The notes under the pieces were generated by a model that worked only from the letters and a program-made list of their open reading frames with translations, did no database searches and had not been told where the DNA came from. Positions 27,802 to 37,515 of a DNA stretch of 64,000 nucleotides are shown in pieces (position 1 is the stretch's first letter; the number at the start of each line of letters is the position of its first letter). Source of the stretch: Dehalococcoidia bacterium (GTDB lineage Bacteria; Chloroflexota; Dehalococcoidia; Lucifugimonadales; VXLM01); contig DAOUJF010000004.1 in NCBI GenBank assembly GCA_034423035.1, positions 969 through 64,968 of the forward strand, in the 5' to 3' direction. The position numbers and the translations under genes were made by a program.

Positions 27802-28641
27802 ATGGCCAAGCAACTCGGCGTCATTGGATATCCGCTCTCTCACACCTTGTCGCCCATATTTCAGCAGGCGGCACTCGACTATCACGCGATTCCGGCAACA
27901 TACTCGGCATGGCCGACACCTCCGGAGTGCCTCGATGATGCCGTTGAGAGCTTTCGTGGAAAGGAATATCTCGGTTTCAATATTACGATTCCCCACAAGC
28001 AACGGCTGTTGGAATTGGGCGATGAAGTGGATGAACTGGCCCGTGACATTGGCGCCGTAAACACCGTCGTCAACCGGGAAGGAATGCTGACCGGCTACAA
28101 CACGGACGCCTATGGTTTCGTCAAGAGCCTCAGGGAAAAGGCAGGGTTTGAACCGAGGGGGAAGGTTGTACTTCTCCTTGGGGCAGGTGGCGCGGCGCGA
28201 GCGGCCGCCTACGCCCTCGCAGCGGAAGGCATCGAGGCTCTCACTATCGCCAACAGAACGGTCGCTCGCGCAGAGGCCCTCGCGGAGGAAGTTGCCCTGC
28301 GCCTCAGGGCAGTCAACGCAGTCTCGCTTGAGAACGTGCCATACGAAGTCGATCTGATCGTCAACTCCACGTCGGTGGGCATGGCTTCCGGCGATGGCGC
28401 GGGACAATCTCCATTGCAGGCAGACTCGATTCGTCAAGGAACGCTGGTGTATGACATGGTATACACTCCGGCATTAACCCCGCTGCTGCAATGTGCCCAG
28501 AGGTCGGGTGCGCAGATATTAGGCGGCCTGTGGATGTTGATCTACCAGGGAGCGGCCTCCTTTGAGCTTTGGACAGGCAAGCAGGCCCCCACGGATGTAA
28601 TGTACCGAGCAGCCCAACAAGCGCTGGATAAGAAGCAGTAA
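27802..28641 (+). CDS. aroE: Shikimate dehydrogenase
   Basis: 279 aa. …GVIGYPLSHTLSPIFQQAA…NITIPHK…NTD…LLGAGGAARA. Confidence 0.92.
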   Translation: MAKQLGVIGYPLSHTLSPIFQQAALDYHAIPATYSAWPTPPECLDDAVESFRGKEYLGFNITIPHKQRLLELGDEVDELARDIGAVNTVVNREGMLTGYNTDAYGFVKSLREKAGFEPRGKVVLLLGAGGAARAAAYALAAEGIEALTIANRTVARAEALAEEVALRLRAVNAVSLENVPYEVDLIVNSTSVGMASGDGAGQSPLQADSIRQGTLVYDMVYTPALTPLLQCAQRSGAQILGGLWMLIYQGAASFELWTGKQAPTDVMYRAAQQALDKKQ

Positions 28642-28648
28642 GAGATCA

Positions 28649-30301
28649 ATGGGACCGAATATCTACCTGACAGGATTCTCCGGCAGCGGTAAGACGACTG
28701 TCGGCAAACAGGTCGCGGCCATGACTGGCTGGAAGTATCGCGACACCGACGATGAAATCGTCGCGGCGACGTGCCGGGCCATCGAGGATATCTTTCGTGA
28801 CGACGGCGAGGAGGCGTTCAGGACGCTGGAGCGCGGGGTCTTGGAGTCGGTTTCTCAAGGTGAGCGTCAAGTAGTCTCCACGGGTGGCGGTATTGTGACA
28901 GATGAGCGGAATCGCCGGACGATGGGAGAAACCGGCATTATCGTCTGCCTCGAAGCACGCGCGGACACCATCTACCGTCGACTAACCGGTCCGGATGAGA
29001 CCCATGACGAACAGGTGGTGCGCCCTCTCTTGCAGGACTCCGATCCGTTACGGCGCATCATCAGCCTGAAGGCCGAGAGACAGCCCATCTATGCTCTTGC
29101 TCATTGGACGGTGCATACCGACGATCTTTCCGTCAATGAGGCAGCATCCGAGGTTGTGAGGGCGAGAGATTTGTTCTCGAACAGGGGAATTTCAGGGTCC
29201 GCCCATGACGCCGACCTTGCGGCAACGGTGCGTACGTCGTCGGGCGATTACCCTGTCTGGGTCGGCTGGGGCCTCTCCCAAACGGTCGGCGAGCGAGTGA
29301 AGACGCTGATAGACCCGGGGGCCGCATACGTCATCACCGACAATTTCGTACACCGACACGCTCGGACCGTGCAGATGTCGATGGAGAAGGCAGGAATTCC
29401 GAGTCACATCTTCGTAATGGAGTCCGGTGAAAGGCACAAGAGCCTCGACACGCTGACGCACATTTATCGATGGCTGGCGGAAAGAAAGGCGGAGCGCGGT
29501 CACCTGATCGTGGCCGTTGGCGGGGGTGTCGTTGGTGACGTGGCGGGATACGCCGCGGCCACGTACTTGCGAGGGATGCCGGTGGTGCAGGCTCCAACAA
29601 CCCTGGTGGCCATGATGGACGCGGCAGTAGGTGGGAAGACGGCTGTAGACCTTCCCGAAGGTAAGAACCTCGTGGGCGCGTTCAAGCAGCCGGAGTTTGT
29701 GCTTGCAGACGTGGAGGCCCTTGCCACTCTCCCAGAGCGAGCATTAGTTTCCGGTTGGGCCGAGGCGATCAAGCATGCGCTCATCCTGGATGAACCGCTG
29801 CTGCGCGTGTTCGAGGAGAACGCAGAGTCGATTGGCTCGCTGGAGCCGGAGACTGCAAGCGACGCCCTTCGGCGCAGTGTGGCAATAAAGGCCGACGTGG
29901 TATCGCAGGATGAGCGAGAAACGCTGGGCATCCGCGCGCTCCTGAATTACGGACACACCACCGCTCACGCCCTCGAGGCCGTCACCGGCTACGAACGCTA
30001 TCTGCACGGCGAAGCGGTGTCCATCGGCATGATGGCGGCGGCCGACATCTCCAACCGGATGGGCCTCTTGTCCGATGCCGACGTTCAGCGCCAACGCTCC
30101 GTGCTGGAGGAATACGGACTGCCTCTCACCTATAGAGACGTGGACTCGGTTGCCATAAGAGAGGCAATGAGCATGGACAAGAAGACTGTTGGCGGAAGGA
30201 TACGATGGGTACTATTGGACGGAATCGGCAATGCCATAACAAGAAGCGATGTTCCGTCCGAGTTCATTGACAGAGCACTCAGAGGGGTTTCAGAGCAATG
30301 A
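28649..30301 (+). CDS. aroB: Bifunctional shikimate kinase / 3-dehydroquinate synthase fusion
   Basis: N-terminal P-loop GFSGSGKTTVGK (AroK). C-terminal AroB motifs (…VGGGVVGDVAGYAAATYLRGMPVVQAPTTL…GGKTAVDL…NYGHTTAHALE). Confidence 0.9.
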   Translation: MGPNIYLTGFSGSGKTTVGKQVAAMTGWKYRDTDDEIVAATCRAIEDIFRDDGEEAFRTLERGVLESVSQGERQVVSTGGGIVTDERNRRTMGETGIIVCLEARADTIYRRLTGPDETHDEQVVRPLLQDSDPLRRIISLKAERQPIYALAHWTVHTDDLSVNEAASEVVRARDLFSNRGISGSAHDADLAATVRTSSGDYPVWVGWGLSQTVGERVKTLIDPGAAYVITDNFVHRHARTVQMSMEKAGIPSHIFVMESGERHKSLDTLTHIYRWLAERKAERGHLIVAVGGGVVGDVAGYAAATYLRGMPVVQAPTTLVAMMDAAVGGKTAVDLPEGKNLVGAFKQPEFVLADVEALATLPERALVSGWAEAIKHALILDEPLLRVFEENAESIGSLEPETASDALRRSVAIKADVVSQDERETLGIRALLNYGHTTAHALEAVTGYERYLHGEAVSIGMMAAADISNRMGLLSDADVQRQRSVLEEYGLPLTYRDVDSVAIREAMSMDKKTVGGRIRWVLLDGIGNAITRSDVPSEFIDRALRGVSEQ

Positions 30302-30324
30302 GACTGTGGGCGTAAGTTCGCCAG

Positions 30325-31155
30325 ATGGTTGAATGGCTGGCGCTGGTGATCATTGGCTGCGCGACGGCAGCGTTCGGTGTCATGGTCGGCACCGGCGGCG
30401 GCATTATCTTCGTTCCCATGTTGCTGCTGTTCTTCAATCTCGAACCGGAGATCGCCGCCGGGACATCGCTCACACTGGTTGCCATGAACAGTTTCGCAGG
30501 TACGGTCACCTATACGCGTCTCGGCTTTGTAGACTTGAGAAGCGGTTTTCTCTTTGCCGCGGTTGCGATCCCTGGCTCAGTCATTGCTCCGTTCATGGTC
30601 TCGAAGGTCGGCGGCGAATGGTTTCGCATTCTCTTTGGCATGCTGCTCTTGATTCTCGCCACACAGCTGCTCCTTAGATCCTATATGCCGAAGGGTGTGA
30701 CAAAGCCCAAGAGAATGCGGTCCTTCAGATCGTTCATCAAGGAGCGACGAATAGAGACCAAGCGCGGGCAGCGGTTCCGTTACCACTTCAACGAGCCTCT
30801 GGCGACATCGACGAACTTCGCCATTGGATTCATGTCAGCCTTCTTCGGTACGGGCGGAGGGTTCTTGAGGACTCCTCTACTCGTGGGTATGTTCAACTTC
30901 CCGGTTCGGGTCGCCGTGGCGACATCGGTATTTTCTCTTTCGTTCTACTCGACCGTCGGCTCCATTGTCCATGCCTCCCTATTTCACGTCCAATGGTTCC
31001 CGACGGTACTATTCGCCGGCGTCGGCATACTCATTGGCGGACAGATAGGCGCGCGGCTTGCAGTGAGAGTCCAGAGCGCTTGGCTCGTAAGGCTGCTCGT
31101 CATGCTTCTGTTCGTAATGGGCGGGCAGGTACTCTTCGAAGGCATTCGCGGCTAG
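30325..31155 (+). CDS. TauE/SafE-family anion exporter (membrane protein)
   Basis: 276 aa, polytopic, with a TauE-like N-terminus (…FGVMVGTGGGIIFVPMLL…). Confidence 0.75.
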   Translation: MVEWLALVIIGCATAAFGVMVGTGGGIIFVPMLLLFFNLEPEIAAGTSLTLVAMNSFAGTVTYTRLGFVDLRSGFLFAAVAIPGSVIAPFMVSKVGGEWFRILFGMLLLILATQLLLRSYMPKGVTKPKRMRSFRSFIKERRIETKRGQRFRYHFNEPLATSTNFAIGFMSAFFGTGGGFLRTPLLVGMFNFPVRVAVATSVFSLSFYSTVGSIVHASLFHVQWFPTVLFAGVGILIGGQIGARLAVRVQSAWLVRLLVMLLFVMGGQVLFEGIRG

Positions 31156-31184
31156 AGACCATTCAATTCTGTTAAGGAGACGTC

Positions 31185-32315
31185 ATGAACATAAGTAAAC
31201 GGGCCCATGACATCCACTACTCTTCCCTCGTCGTGGACACTCACTCGGACAGCCTCGCCTGGCCGACGCGACACGGAATCGATATCGGGCAGCCGCAGGA
31301 CGAAACGCACATGGACCTTCCCCGCATGAAGGAAGGCAACCAAAACGTTCAGTTTTTCGCTTGCTTTGCAGCCCCAAGCTGGATTGAGAAGAAGAAGGTC
31401 GTGCAGGTGACCCTGGATTACATGGACTCGTTCCATACTCTCATGAGGAGCTATCCTGAACAGATTGAGCAGGCGACAACGGCTGACGACGTACGGCGCA
31501 TAACCGACGCCGGAAAGCTGGCCGGCATCCTGTGCGTCGAGGGCGGACACTCCATCGACGACGACCTCGGCATTCTGCGTATGTACCACCATCTGGGAAC
31601 GCGTTACATGACGCTCACCTGGAACAACACCAACAACTGGGCAGACGGCGTCCTCGGAGAGCCACGTCACGGCGGCCTGAATCACTTCGGCAAGGAGGTC
31701 GTGCGAGAGATGAACCGGCTGGGAATGCTCGTGGACATTTCACACGTCGCTCCGGCAACCTTCTGGGACGCCATCGCGACCACGACCAAACCCGTCATTG
31801 CCTCCCACTCGTCGGCGAAGGCAATATGCGCCGCTCCTCGAAACCTTGATGACGACCAGATAAAGGCAGTTGCCAACAATGGAGGCGTTATAGGCGTCAA
31901 CTACGAGATTACCTTCGTAGGAGAGGCCTACCGCGTCGCGAAGAATTCCGTCGATGACGAGAAGGCCGAGGAAATCAAACGTGCCGAGAAGAACCATCCA
32001 GCCGGTTCGAACGGCCTGAGCAATTCTCTACGGGATATAGACGAGCGCTACGGCGAAAAGGTCGCGGAGCTATCGAAGCCACACTACACCGAGATCGTGG
32101 ACCACATCGACCACATGGTGTCAATTGCGGGGATAGAGCACGTCGGGCTGGGATCGGACTTCGACGGCGCGACCATGCCCGAGGGTATGGAGGACTGCAC
32201 CAAGGTACCGCTGATTACCGACGAGTTGGTCAGCCGGGGTTACAGCGCGGGTGATATTCGCAAGATTCTCGGCGAGAACTTCATGAGAGTGATGGGAGAG
32301 GTGCTTACGGACTAA
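31185..32315 (+). CDS. Membrane dipeptidase (peptidase family M19)
   Basis: 376 aa. VVDTHSD…, …MTLTWNNTN…, …HVGLGSDFDG… are M19 signatures. Confidence 0.88.
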   Translation: MNISKRAHDIHYSSLVVDTHSDSLAWPTRHGIDIGQPQDETHMDLPRMKEGNQNVQFFACFAAPSWIEKKKVVQVTLDYMDSFHTLMRSYPEQIEQATTADDVRRITDAGKLAGILCVEGGHSIDDDLGILRMYHHLGTRYMTLTWNNTNNWADGVLGEPRHGGLNHFGKEVVREMNRLGMLVDISHVAPATFWDAIATTTKPVIASHSSAKAICAAPRNLDDDQIKAVANNGGVIGVNYEITFVGEAYRVAKNSVDDEKAEEIKRAEKNHPAGSNGLSNSLRDIDERYGEKVAELSKPHYTEIVDHIDHMVSIAGIEHVGLGSDFDGATMPEGMEDCTKVPLITDELVSRGYSAGDIRKILGENFMRVMGEVLTD

Positions 32316-32412
32316 TCCGCCACCCCTCGCAAGAGTTGGCCAATATTCACAGCTGAGCCAGGCATGGTTACATGCTGGCCTGCGAGTCCAGTTTGGTTGT
32401 TGTGTAGCTACT

Positions 32413-32646
32413 CTACCCGACTGTCGCGTGAGGGTTGCGGTCGGCAAGCTCCTTGATGACGGTGTCCTTGTCGGTCTCGCCAGTCCATGGAGTGGGAAGC
32501 CTGTTCGTGCCGAAGATCCGCGTCATAATCGGATCGTCGTTCCCGTCACCGTCGGAGTGGACCGTGTACCAGACGTTCTCACCGTCGTCCAACTCCACCG
32601 CGATGTTTCGTGTTTCGCCCGTCCAACCGAAGCTAACGTATCCCAT
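32413..32646 (-). CDS. Hypothetical small acidic protein
   Basis: 77-aa ORF with GAGGA 6 nt upstream of the ATG. No recognised motifs. Confidence 0.5.
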   Translation of the reverse strand: MGYVSFGWTGETRNIAVELDDGENVWYTVHSDGDGNDDPIMTRIFGTNRLPTPWTGETDKDTVIKELADRNPHATVG

Positions 32647-32687
32647 GTCGAATCCTCAGTTGATATGTGTTCGTCGCTTTCGCCGTT

Positions 32688-34193
32688 CTATGATACTCCA
32701 AGCAGGTTATTTTGAAAACCGGAAGCTCCCAGGGCAGTGAGCCCGCCTCTTGCCTTGTCCAGCGTCTCCTGATATTCGGCTTCAGGATCGGAATCGGCAA
32801 CGATACCTCCTCCGACCTGAAAGTACACCCGGTTCCCCATTTTCAGCATTGTTCGAATGGGGATGGAAAGCTGCATTGAGCCGTCGAATCCGATGTACCC
32901 GATGGCTCCGCAGTACACGCTGCGTTGGACGGGCTCGATCTCGTCAATGATCTCCATGGCCCGGATCTTCGGCGCACCCGTAACCGATCCGCCCGGAAAG
33001 CATGCCTTCAACAGGTCAATTACATCGTGCTCAGAACGAAGCCTACCGGTGACGGACGATACGAGCTGGTGCACGTTCGGGTATTGCTCAACCGAAAAGA
33101 GTTCCGGTGTGAGAACCGTACCTGGCACACATACCCTCCCAAGATCGTTGCGGAGAAGATCGACGATCATGATGTTCTCCGCGCGGTCCTTCCCGCTCAG
33201 GGAAAGCTCCCTGCGCAGTTGTACATCATCTTCCCGTGAGGCCCCTCGAGGTCGGGTGCCCTTCATAGGCCGGGTCTCGACGAATCCGTTTTCCACGTGC
33301 AGGAACTGTTCAGGAGAGGCGCTCAGTATGGTGACTTCAGGCAGATCGAGATAGGCGCCGAAAGGGGCAGAGGTGGACCTTCGCAACGCCTGGTAGAGCG
33401 TCCAATCGTCCGTGTGGATGGTGGCCTCGAAGCGCTGAGAGATATTTGCCTGATAGATGTCGCCCGCGACGATGTACTTTTTCACGCGTTCGACAGCGTC
33501 CATATACTGTTCACGCGTGAAGTTGGAACGAAGATCCGTTGCAATCCCGACGCGCCCGTTCGTACGCCTCAGGGTTTCGTGGCCCACATCAATTCGGTCC
33601 CGCACCCACTTTGCCCTACCCTCCCTACTGAACTGGGTGGTGACTATCCATGCCTTGTCGTCCAGGTGGTCGAATGCGAGGACCCAATCGTAGAGACCGA
33701 TGGTCATGTCCGGCAAGTCGAGGTCGTCGACTGCCTTACCGGGGAGGCTTTCGAGCAGACCGCCCATTTCGTATCCGAAGTAGCCTATTGCGCCACCCTG
33801 GAATGGAGGCCCACTGGGATGACGATTAGCCCTGAAGGCCGAGAGTAATCGCTTTACGACGGAGAACGGGTTGTCCTCGGACAAGGTGACTGCGGTCCCC
33901 TCGATCAACTCGACCGCCCCCCCCTTCGAACGCACTACCAAGAACGGGTCGGCCGTGAGGTAGGAATATCTTCCGAGGCCCGGTCTCAGGAGCGCGCTGT
34001 CAAGCAGGATTGGGTAATCGGCATCCAGAAAGCCGTAAGTCGCCTCAACAGGTTCCAGAGGGAATTCCAGTTCTTCCAACCGAGTTTCGGTTGATACGGC
34101 TTGTTGAGTTTGCAAGGGTGGGCCATTTGACGCGATAGTATCGCGAGCACGACATCTCTGAACGGATGAGTTCGCTGAAAGCGTCGACCGCAA
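32688..34193 (-). CDS. pabB: Aminodeoxychorismate/anthranilate synthase component I (chorismate-binding enzyme)
   Basis: 501 aa with chorismate-binding domain motifs (…SPEQFL…TRPMKGT…DRAENIMIVDLLRNDL…FPGGSVTGAPK…YCGAIGY). The N-terminal ~40 aa may be over-extended. Confidence 0.85.
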   Translation of the reverse strand: MRSTLSANSSVQRCRARDTIASNGPPLQTQQAVSTETRLEELEFPLEPVEATYGFLDADYPILLDSALLRPGLGRYSYLTADPFLVVRSKGGAVELIEGTAVTLSEDNPFSVVKRLLSAFRANRHPSGPPFQGGAIGYFGYEMGGLLESLPGKAVDDLDLPDMTIGLYDWVLAFDHLDDKAWIVTTQFSREGRAKWVRDRIDVGHETLRRTNGRVGIATDLRSNFTREQYMDAVERVKKYIVAGDIYQANISQRFEATIHTDDWTLYQALRRSTSAPFGAYLDLPEVTILSASPEQFLHVENGFVETRPMKGTRPRGASREDDVQLRRELSLSGKDRAENIMIVDLLRNDLGRVCVPGTVLTPELFSVEQYPNVHQLVSSVTGRLRSEHDVIDLLKACFPGGSVTGAPKIRAMEIIDEIEPVQRSVYCGAIGYIGFDGSMQLSIPIRTMLKMGNRVYFQVGGGIVADSDPEAEYQETLDKARGGLTALGASGFQNNLLGVS

Positions 34194-34253
34194 TACTGTA
34201 TAGTATTTCTCGCGACCAACACCACTGAACAGATAGTCTCACACTTCACGATC

Positions 34254-34715
34254 ATGGCCCTCCGACGGCTTCAAGACCGTCCCCGCATTCTCGAAATCGC
34301 CTACGTAGCGACCCTTGCCATGCTGCGTCTGTTCAGGCGTGGCTTGAATCCGGGAGGGTTTGTCGAGTGGTTCTTCGTCAAAGGCGAGAAAGTGTCAAAG
34401 GGCGTCATCTTCAGCTGCCAGATGTGTGGCGACTGCGTACTGCACAGCACCGGCATGACCTGTCCGATGACCTGCCCGAAGAACCTGCGCAACGGCCCCT
34501 GTGGAGGCGTTCGCCAGAATGGCAACTGTGAGATTATTCCGGATATGCGCTGCGTGTGGGTTGAAGCCTGGGACCGGTCACAACGCATGAAGCAGTTTGG
34601 CGGGGAAATCCACACGGTACTTCCGCCTACCGATAGGCGACTCGACGGCACCTCATCGTGGATCAACGACATCAGTCCGAACGTTGTCAAGCGGCCGACC
34701 GGGTGGGCTGAATGA
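34254..34715 (+). CDS. MTHFR C-terminal-domain (MetV-like) Cys-rich small protein
   Basis: 153 aa. CQMCGDCVL…MTCPMTCPKNLRNGPCGG… is typical of the zinc-ribbon-like partner of clostridial-type MetF. 4-nt overlap with metF. Confidence 0.75.
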   Translation: MALRRLQDRPRILEIAYVATLAMLRLFRRGLNPGGFVEWFFVKGEKVSKGVIFSCQMCGDCVLHSTGMTCPMTCPKNLRNGPCGGVRQNGNCEIIPDMRCVWVEAWDRSQRMKQFGGEIHTVLPPTDRRLDGTSSWINDISPNVVKRPTGWAE

Positions 34716-35677
34716 GATCGGGTTCGCGACTCGAACGAGTCCTGCGGTCCGGCCAATTCGCGGTTACGGCAGAGTTGCTCTCCCCCGACAGCGCCGACCC
34801 GCAGGCCGTGATCGATCATGCAAAGATCATCGGCGATTCGTGCGACGCCATCAACGCAACCGACGCTTCGGGCGCACACGCGCACATGTCGAACGTTGCC
34901 GTCGCCGCCCTGCTCCGCCAGGCAGGATACGACGCCGTCGTGCAACTCGCTTGTCGTGACCGGAACAGGATCGCCATGCAGGGGGACCTACTGGGCATTG
35001 GGGCGCTCGACATTCGCAATGTCCTTTGCTTGACCGGCGACGGGGTGGGCACGGGCGATCACCCAGAGGCGAAACCGGTATTCGACATGGACTCGATCAC
35101 GCTCCTCCGGACGGCTCGAATTCTTCGCGACAAGGGACAGTTCCTCAGCGGCAGGCCGATCGACTCCCCTCCCCGTCTATTTCTGGGAGCGGCGAGCAAT
35201 CCCTTCGTGCCACCGTACGACTTCCGCCCTCTCCGCCTGAAGAAGAAGATCGGAGCGGGAGCGGACTTCATCCAGTCCCAGTACTGCTTTGATATTCCCC
35301 GCCTGAAATCGTTCATGGAAACCGTTTGCGACATGGGGCTCCACGAACGCGTATTCATCCTGATAGGGGTGGGTCCACTGCGGTCTGCGCGGGTGGCCTA
35401 TTGGATGCGTGACAACATACCGGGGGTCGTAATCCCAGACTCCGTGATCAGGCGGCTACTCGGCGCAGGGAAACGTTCAAGGACCGAAGGCAAACGTATC
35501 TGCATCGAGATGATCCAGCAGATAAGGGAGATTCCAGGAATCTCCGGGGTCCACCTTATGGCCTACCGGCAGGAAGAGCTCGTGCCGGAGATTCTCAAGG
35601 AGGCAGGTCTGCTTCCGAGGCCACGATTGGACGACTCGGACCAGGCTTTCGACTACGGTGATGCGAGTGTTGACTGA
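34712..35677 (+). CDS. metF: Methylenetetrahydrofolate reductase (MetF family)
   Basis: 321 aa. …FAVTAEL…DAINATD…VQLACRDRNR…NVLCLTGD…. Confidence 0.85.
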   Translation: MRSGSRLERVLRSGQFAVTAELLSPDSADPQAVIDHAKIIGDSCDAINATDASGAHAHMSNVAVAALLRQAGYDAVVQLACRDRNRIAMQGDLLGIGALDIRNVLCLTGDGVGTGDHPEAKPVFDMDSITLLRTARILRDKGQFLSGRPIDSPPRLFLGAASNPFVPPYDFRPLRLKKKIGAGADFIQSQYCFDIPRLKSFMETVCDMGLHERVFILIGVGPLRSARVAYWMRDNIPGVVIPDSVIRRLLGAGKRSRTEGKRICIEMIQQIREIPGISGVHLMAYRQEELVPEILKEAGLLPRPRLDDSDQAFDYGDASVD

Positions 35678-35826
35678 GCCCAGGCGCTTTGCGTTCGAAA
35701 CGCTGATTCGATTCCGTTAGTGCGAATGCGCCTCTTCGTATGGCAACCGTTTTTGGGGCTGCCGGTTCGCGCTCGGTGACCTTGAGACCGAGAAGAGGCT
35801 TTGCCGAGAGATTCCTCCACGGCGGC

Positions 35827-36366
35827 TCACGTGCGAGGGTTATCAACTACCACCTTCGTGCGCGCCATATAATCGTGGACACACCTACGGTTCTTCGCAA
35901 AGATGAATAGGTGATCGATGAGGATGTACGGGGGGATCAGGGTCAGGAGCCAGTTGACGAAATACCTGAGCGCCACGTTGTTGAATACGGTACCTGTCAG
36001 ACCCGATTGCTCGTCAACAATGCGAATACGCATTAGCTGCTTCCCTACGGTCTGTCCGTCACGTCGAAGGAGTACCACCTGGTACGGCACGCCGACAATG
36101 CCGAGCACGAGTAGGAGGATTGTGGCAATCGCCGGAACTCCTGAATCGGCGAGGAGCATTCCTGCGACGAAGGAGGCCGGAGACAGCGGCAAGTCTATGA
36201 TCCAAGCAACCAGACGCTTCCATCTTTCGGCGGGGTACAGTACATCCTGTGGTGCGTAATTCGAACCACCAAGCGGAGCCTTGCACCGTCGGCAAATCTG
36301 CACATTTCGCGCATTCGTGGTCTTACACCGAGGGCAGTTGATGGACTGAAGCGGCTGACGGGTCAA
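35827..36366 (-). CDS. RDD-family membrane protein with an N-terminal zinc ribbon
   Basis: 179 aa. CPRCKT…CRRCKAPL followed by an RDD-like membrane domain (…WKRLVAWIIDL…RRDGQTVGK…). Confidence 0.7.
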   Translation of the reverse strand: MTRQPLQSINCPRCKTTNARNVQICRRCKAPLGGSNYAPQDVLYPAERWKRLVAWIIDLPLSPASFVAGMLLADSGVPAIATILLLVLGIVGVPYQVVLLRRDGQTVGKQLMRIRIVDEQSGLTGTVFNNVALRYFVNWLLTLIPPYILIDHLFIFAKNRRCVHDYMARTKVVVDNPRT

Positions 36367-36451
36367 TGTACCCTCCGCCGTTGTTGACCGGTCTCAGGAG
36401 CGCAAATACAATAACGCCTCAGTCGAGACGCCTGTCGAGAGGAACCCAACT

Positions 36452-36952
36452 ATGCCGGAGCTTACCCTAAGTCCTACCGCCGTTCAAGCGGAGCTGCACA
36501 AGAACGGGGTAACCGATGTAGTGTGGCTGCCTGACACCGAGAGCGGCCACATGTACAACCTTCTACAAGCGGACCCGTCCCTGCGGATCATTCCGATCGC
36601 CCGTGAGGCTGAGGGGATGCCCATTGCGTCCGGCTTGTGGATAGGGGGACGAAAGCCGGTTGTGATGATCCAGAACACGGGATTCTTCGAGTCCGGCGAC
36701 TCGGTGCGAGGTATGGCCGTCGACATCCAGGCACCTCTCGTCATCTTCATCGGGTATCGAGGATGGACACGCCGTGGCGTTACAACCGACTCGGCGGCGA
36801 TCATCACCGAACCGACCCTACACGCCTGGAGGATGAGCTATTACCTGGTTGAGCACGATGGAGACGTGGACAGAATCTCTGTCGCGTTTGAAGACGCAGA
36901 GAGAATGCAGCGTCCGGTCGGAGTGCTCATCGGCGGAGAGTATACCGGGTAG
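36452..36952 (+). CDS. Sulfopyruvate/phosphonopyruvate decarboxylase alpha-subunit-like TPP (Pyr-domain only) protein
   Basis: 166 aa. …IPIAREAEGMPIASGLWIGGRKPVVMIQNTGFFESGD…FIGYRGW resembles ComD-type alpha subunits. No beta subunit is adjacent. Confidence 0.65.
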   Translation: MPELTLSPTAVQAELHKNGVTDVVWLPDTESGHMYNLLQADPSLRIIPIAREAEGMPIASGLWIGGRKPVVMIQNTGFFESGDSVRGMAVDIQAPLVIFIGYRGWTRRGVTTDSAAIITEPTLHAWRMSYYLVEHDGDVDRISVAFEDAERMQRPVGVLIGGEYTG

Positions 36953-36995
36953 GCAAGTTTCCGGTTTCAGGCGGTCTTGACGGCCAGACGTTCGA

Positions 36996-37457
36996 TCAGG
37001 AGTTACGCCGCTCGATGGCGAGCACCTTGTTGAGCCGCCTCACGTATTTCTCTTCGCTCTCTATAAATCTCGCAGAGAGGAATGCCGTAACGATCTCCTT
37101 GGCGAGTTCCTCACCGATGATGCGGGCGCCGATGCAGACCACGTTCATGTCATCGTGCTCTACACCCTGACGCGCTGAGTAGGTGTCGTGGCACAAGCCT
37201 GCCCGGATTCCCTTCACTTTGTTTGCCGCGACACTCGCGCCGACACCACTGCCGCAGACGACCAGTCCCCGCTCGGCCGTACCGTCGGCCACACGGACTG
37301 CTACAGCCTCGGAAAAGTCGGGGAAATCGTCAAGGGCGTCGTATTCGTACGCCCCGGCGTCGATCACCATATGGCCGAGCGACTTCACATGCTCGACGAC
37401 CAGGTTCTTCATCTCGAGACCTGCGTGGTCTCCACCTACGGCGACTTGCATTGGCAC
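36996..37457 (-). CDS. rpiB: Ribose-5-phosphate isomerase B
   Basis: 153 aa. …VAVGGDHAG…VCGSGVGASVAANKVKGIRA… is typical of RpiB/LacAB. Confidence 0.92.
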   Translation of the reverse strand: MPMQVAVGGDHAGLEMKNLVVEHVKSLGHMVIDAGAYEYDALDDFPDFSEAVAVRVADGTAERGLVVCGSGVGASVAANKVKGIRAGLCHDTYSARQGVEHDDMNVVCIGARIIGEELAKEIVTAFLSARFIESEEKYVRRLNKVLAIERRNS

Positions 37458-37515
37458 TCCCCGACGTGGACTGTTCTCGATTCACAGCTTACCACAGAGG
37501 TCACTTGGCCCTCAG

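Noticed and set aside
29583-29592. 10-nt identity (gcctgcacca on the - strand) between the psi-spacer and aroB coding sequence
   Set aside because: The flank is GGA rather than an AAG-type PAM, and the match breaks down after 10 nt. About one such 10-mer hit is expected by chance in 2 x 64 kb.
37183-37515. N-terminal 111 codons of the tracked 384-aa ORF
   Set aside because: This part is antisense to the clearly conserved rpiB gene and is Pro/Ser/Thr/Ala-rich, typical of GC-rich antisense frames. The conserved VLRF1-like sequence starts at the Met at 37516.
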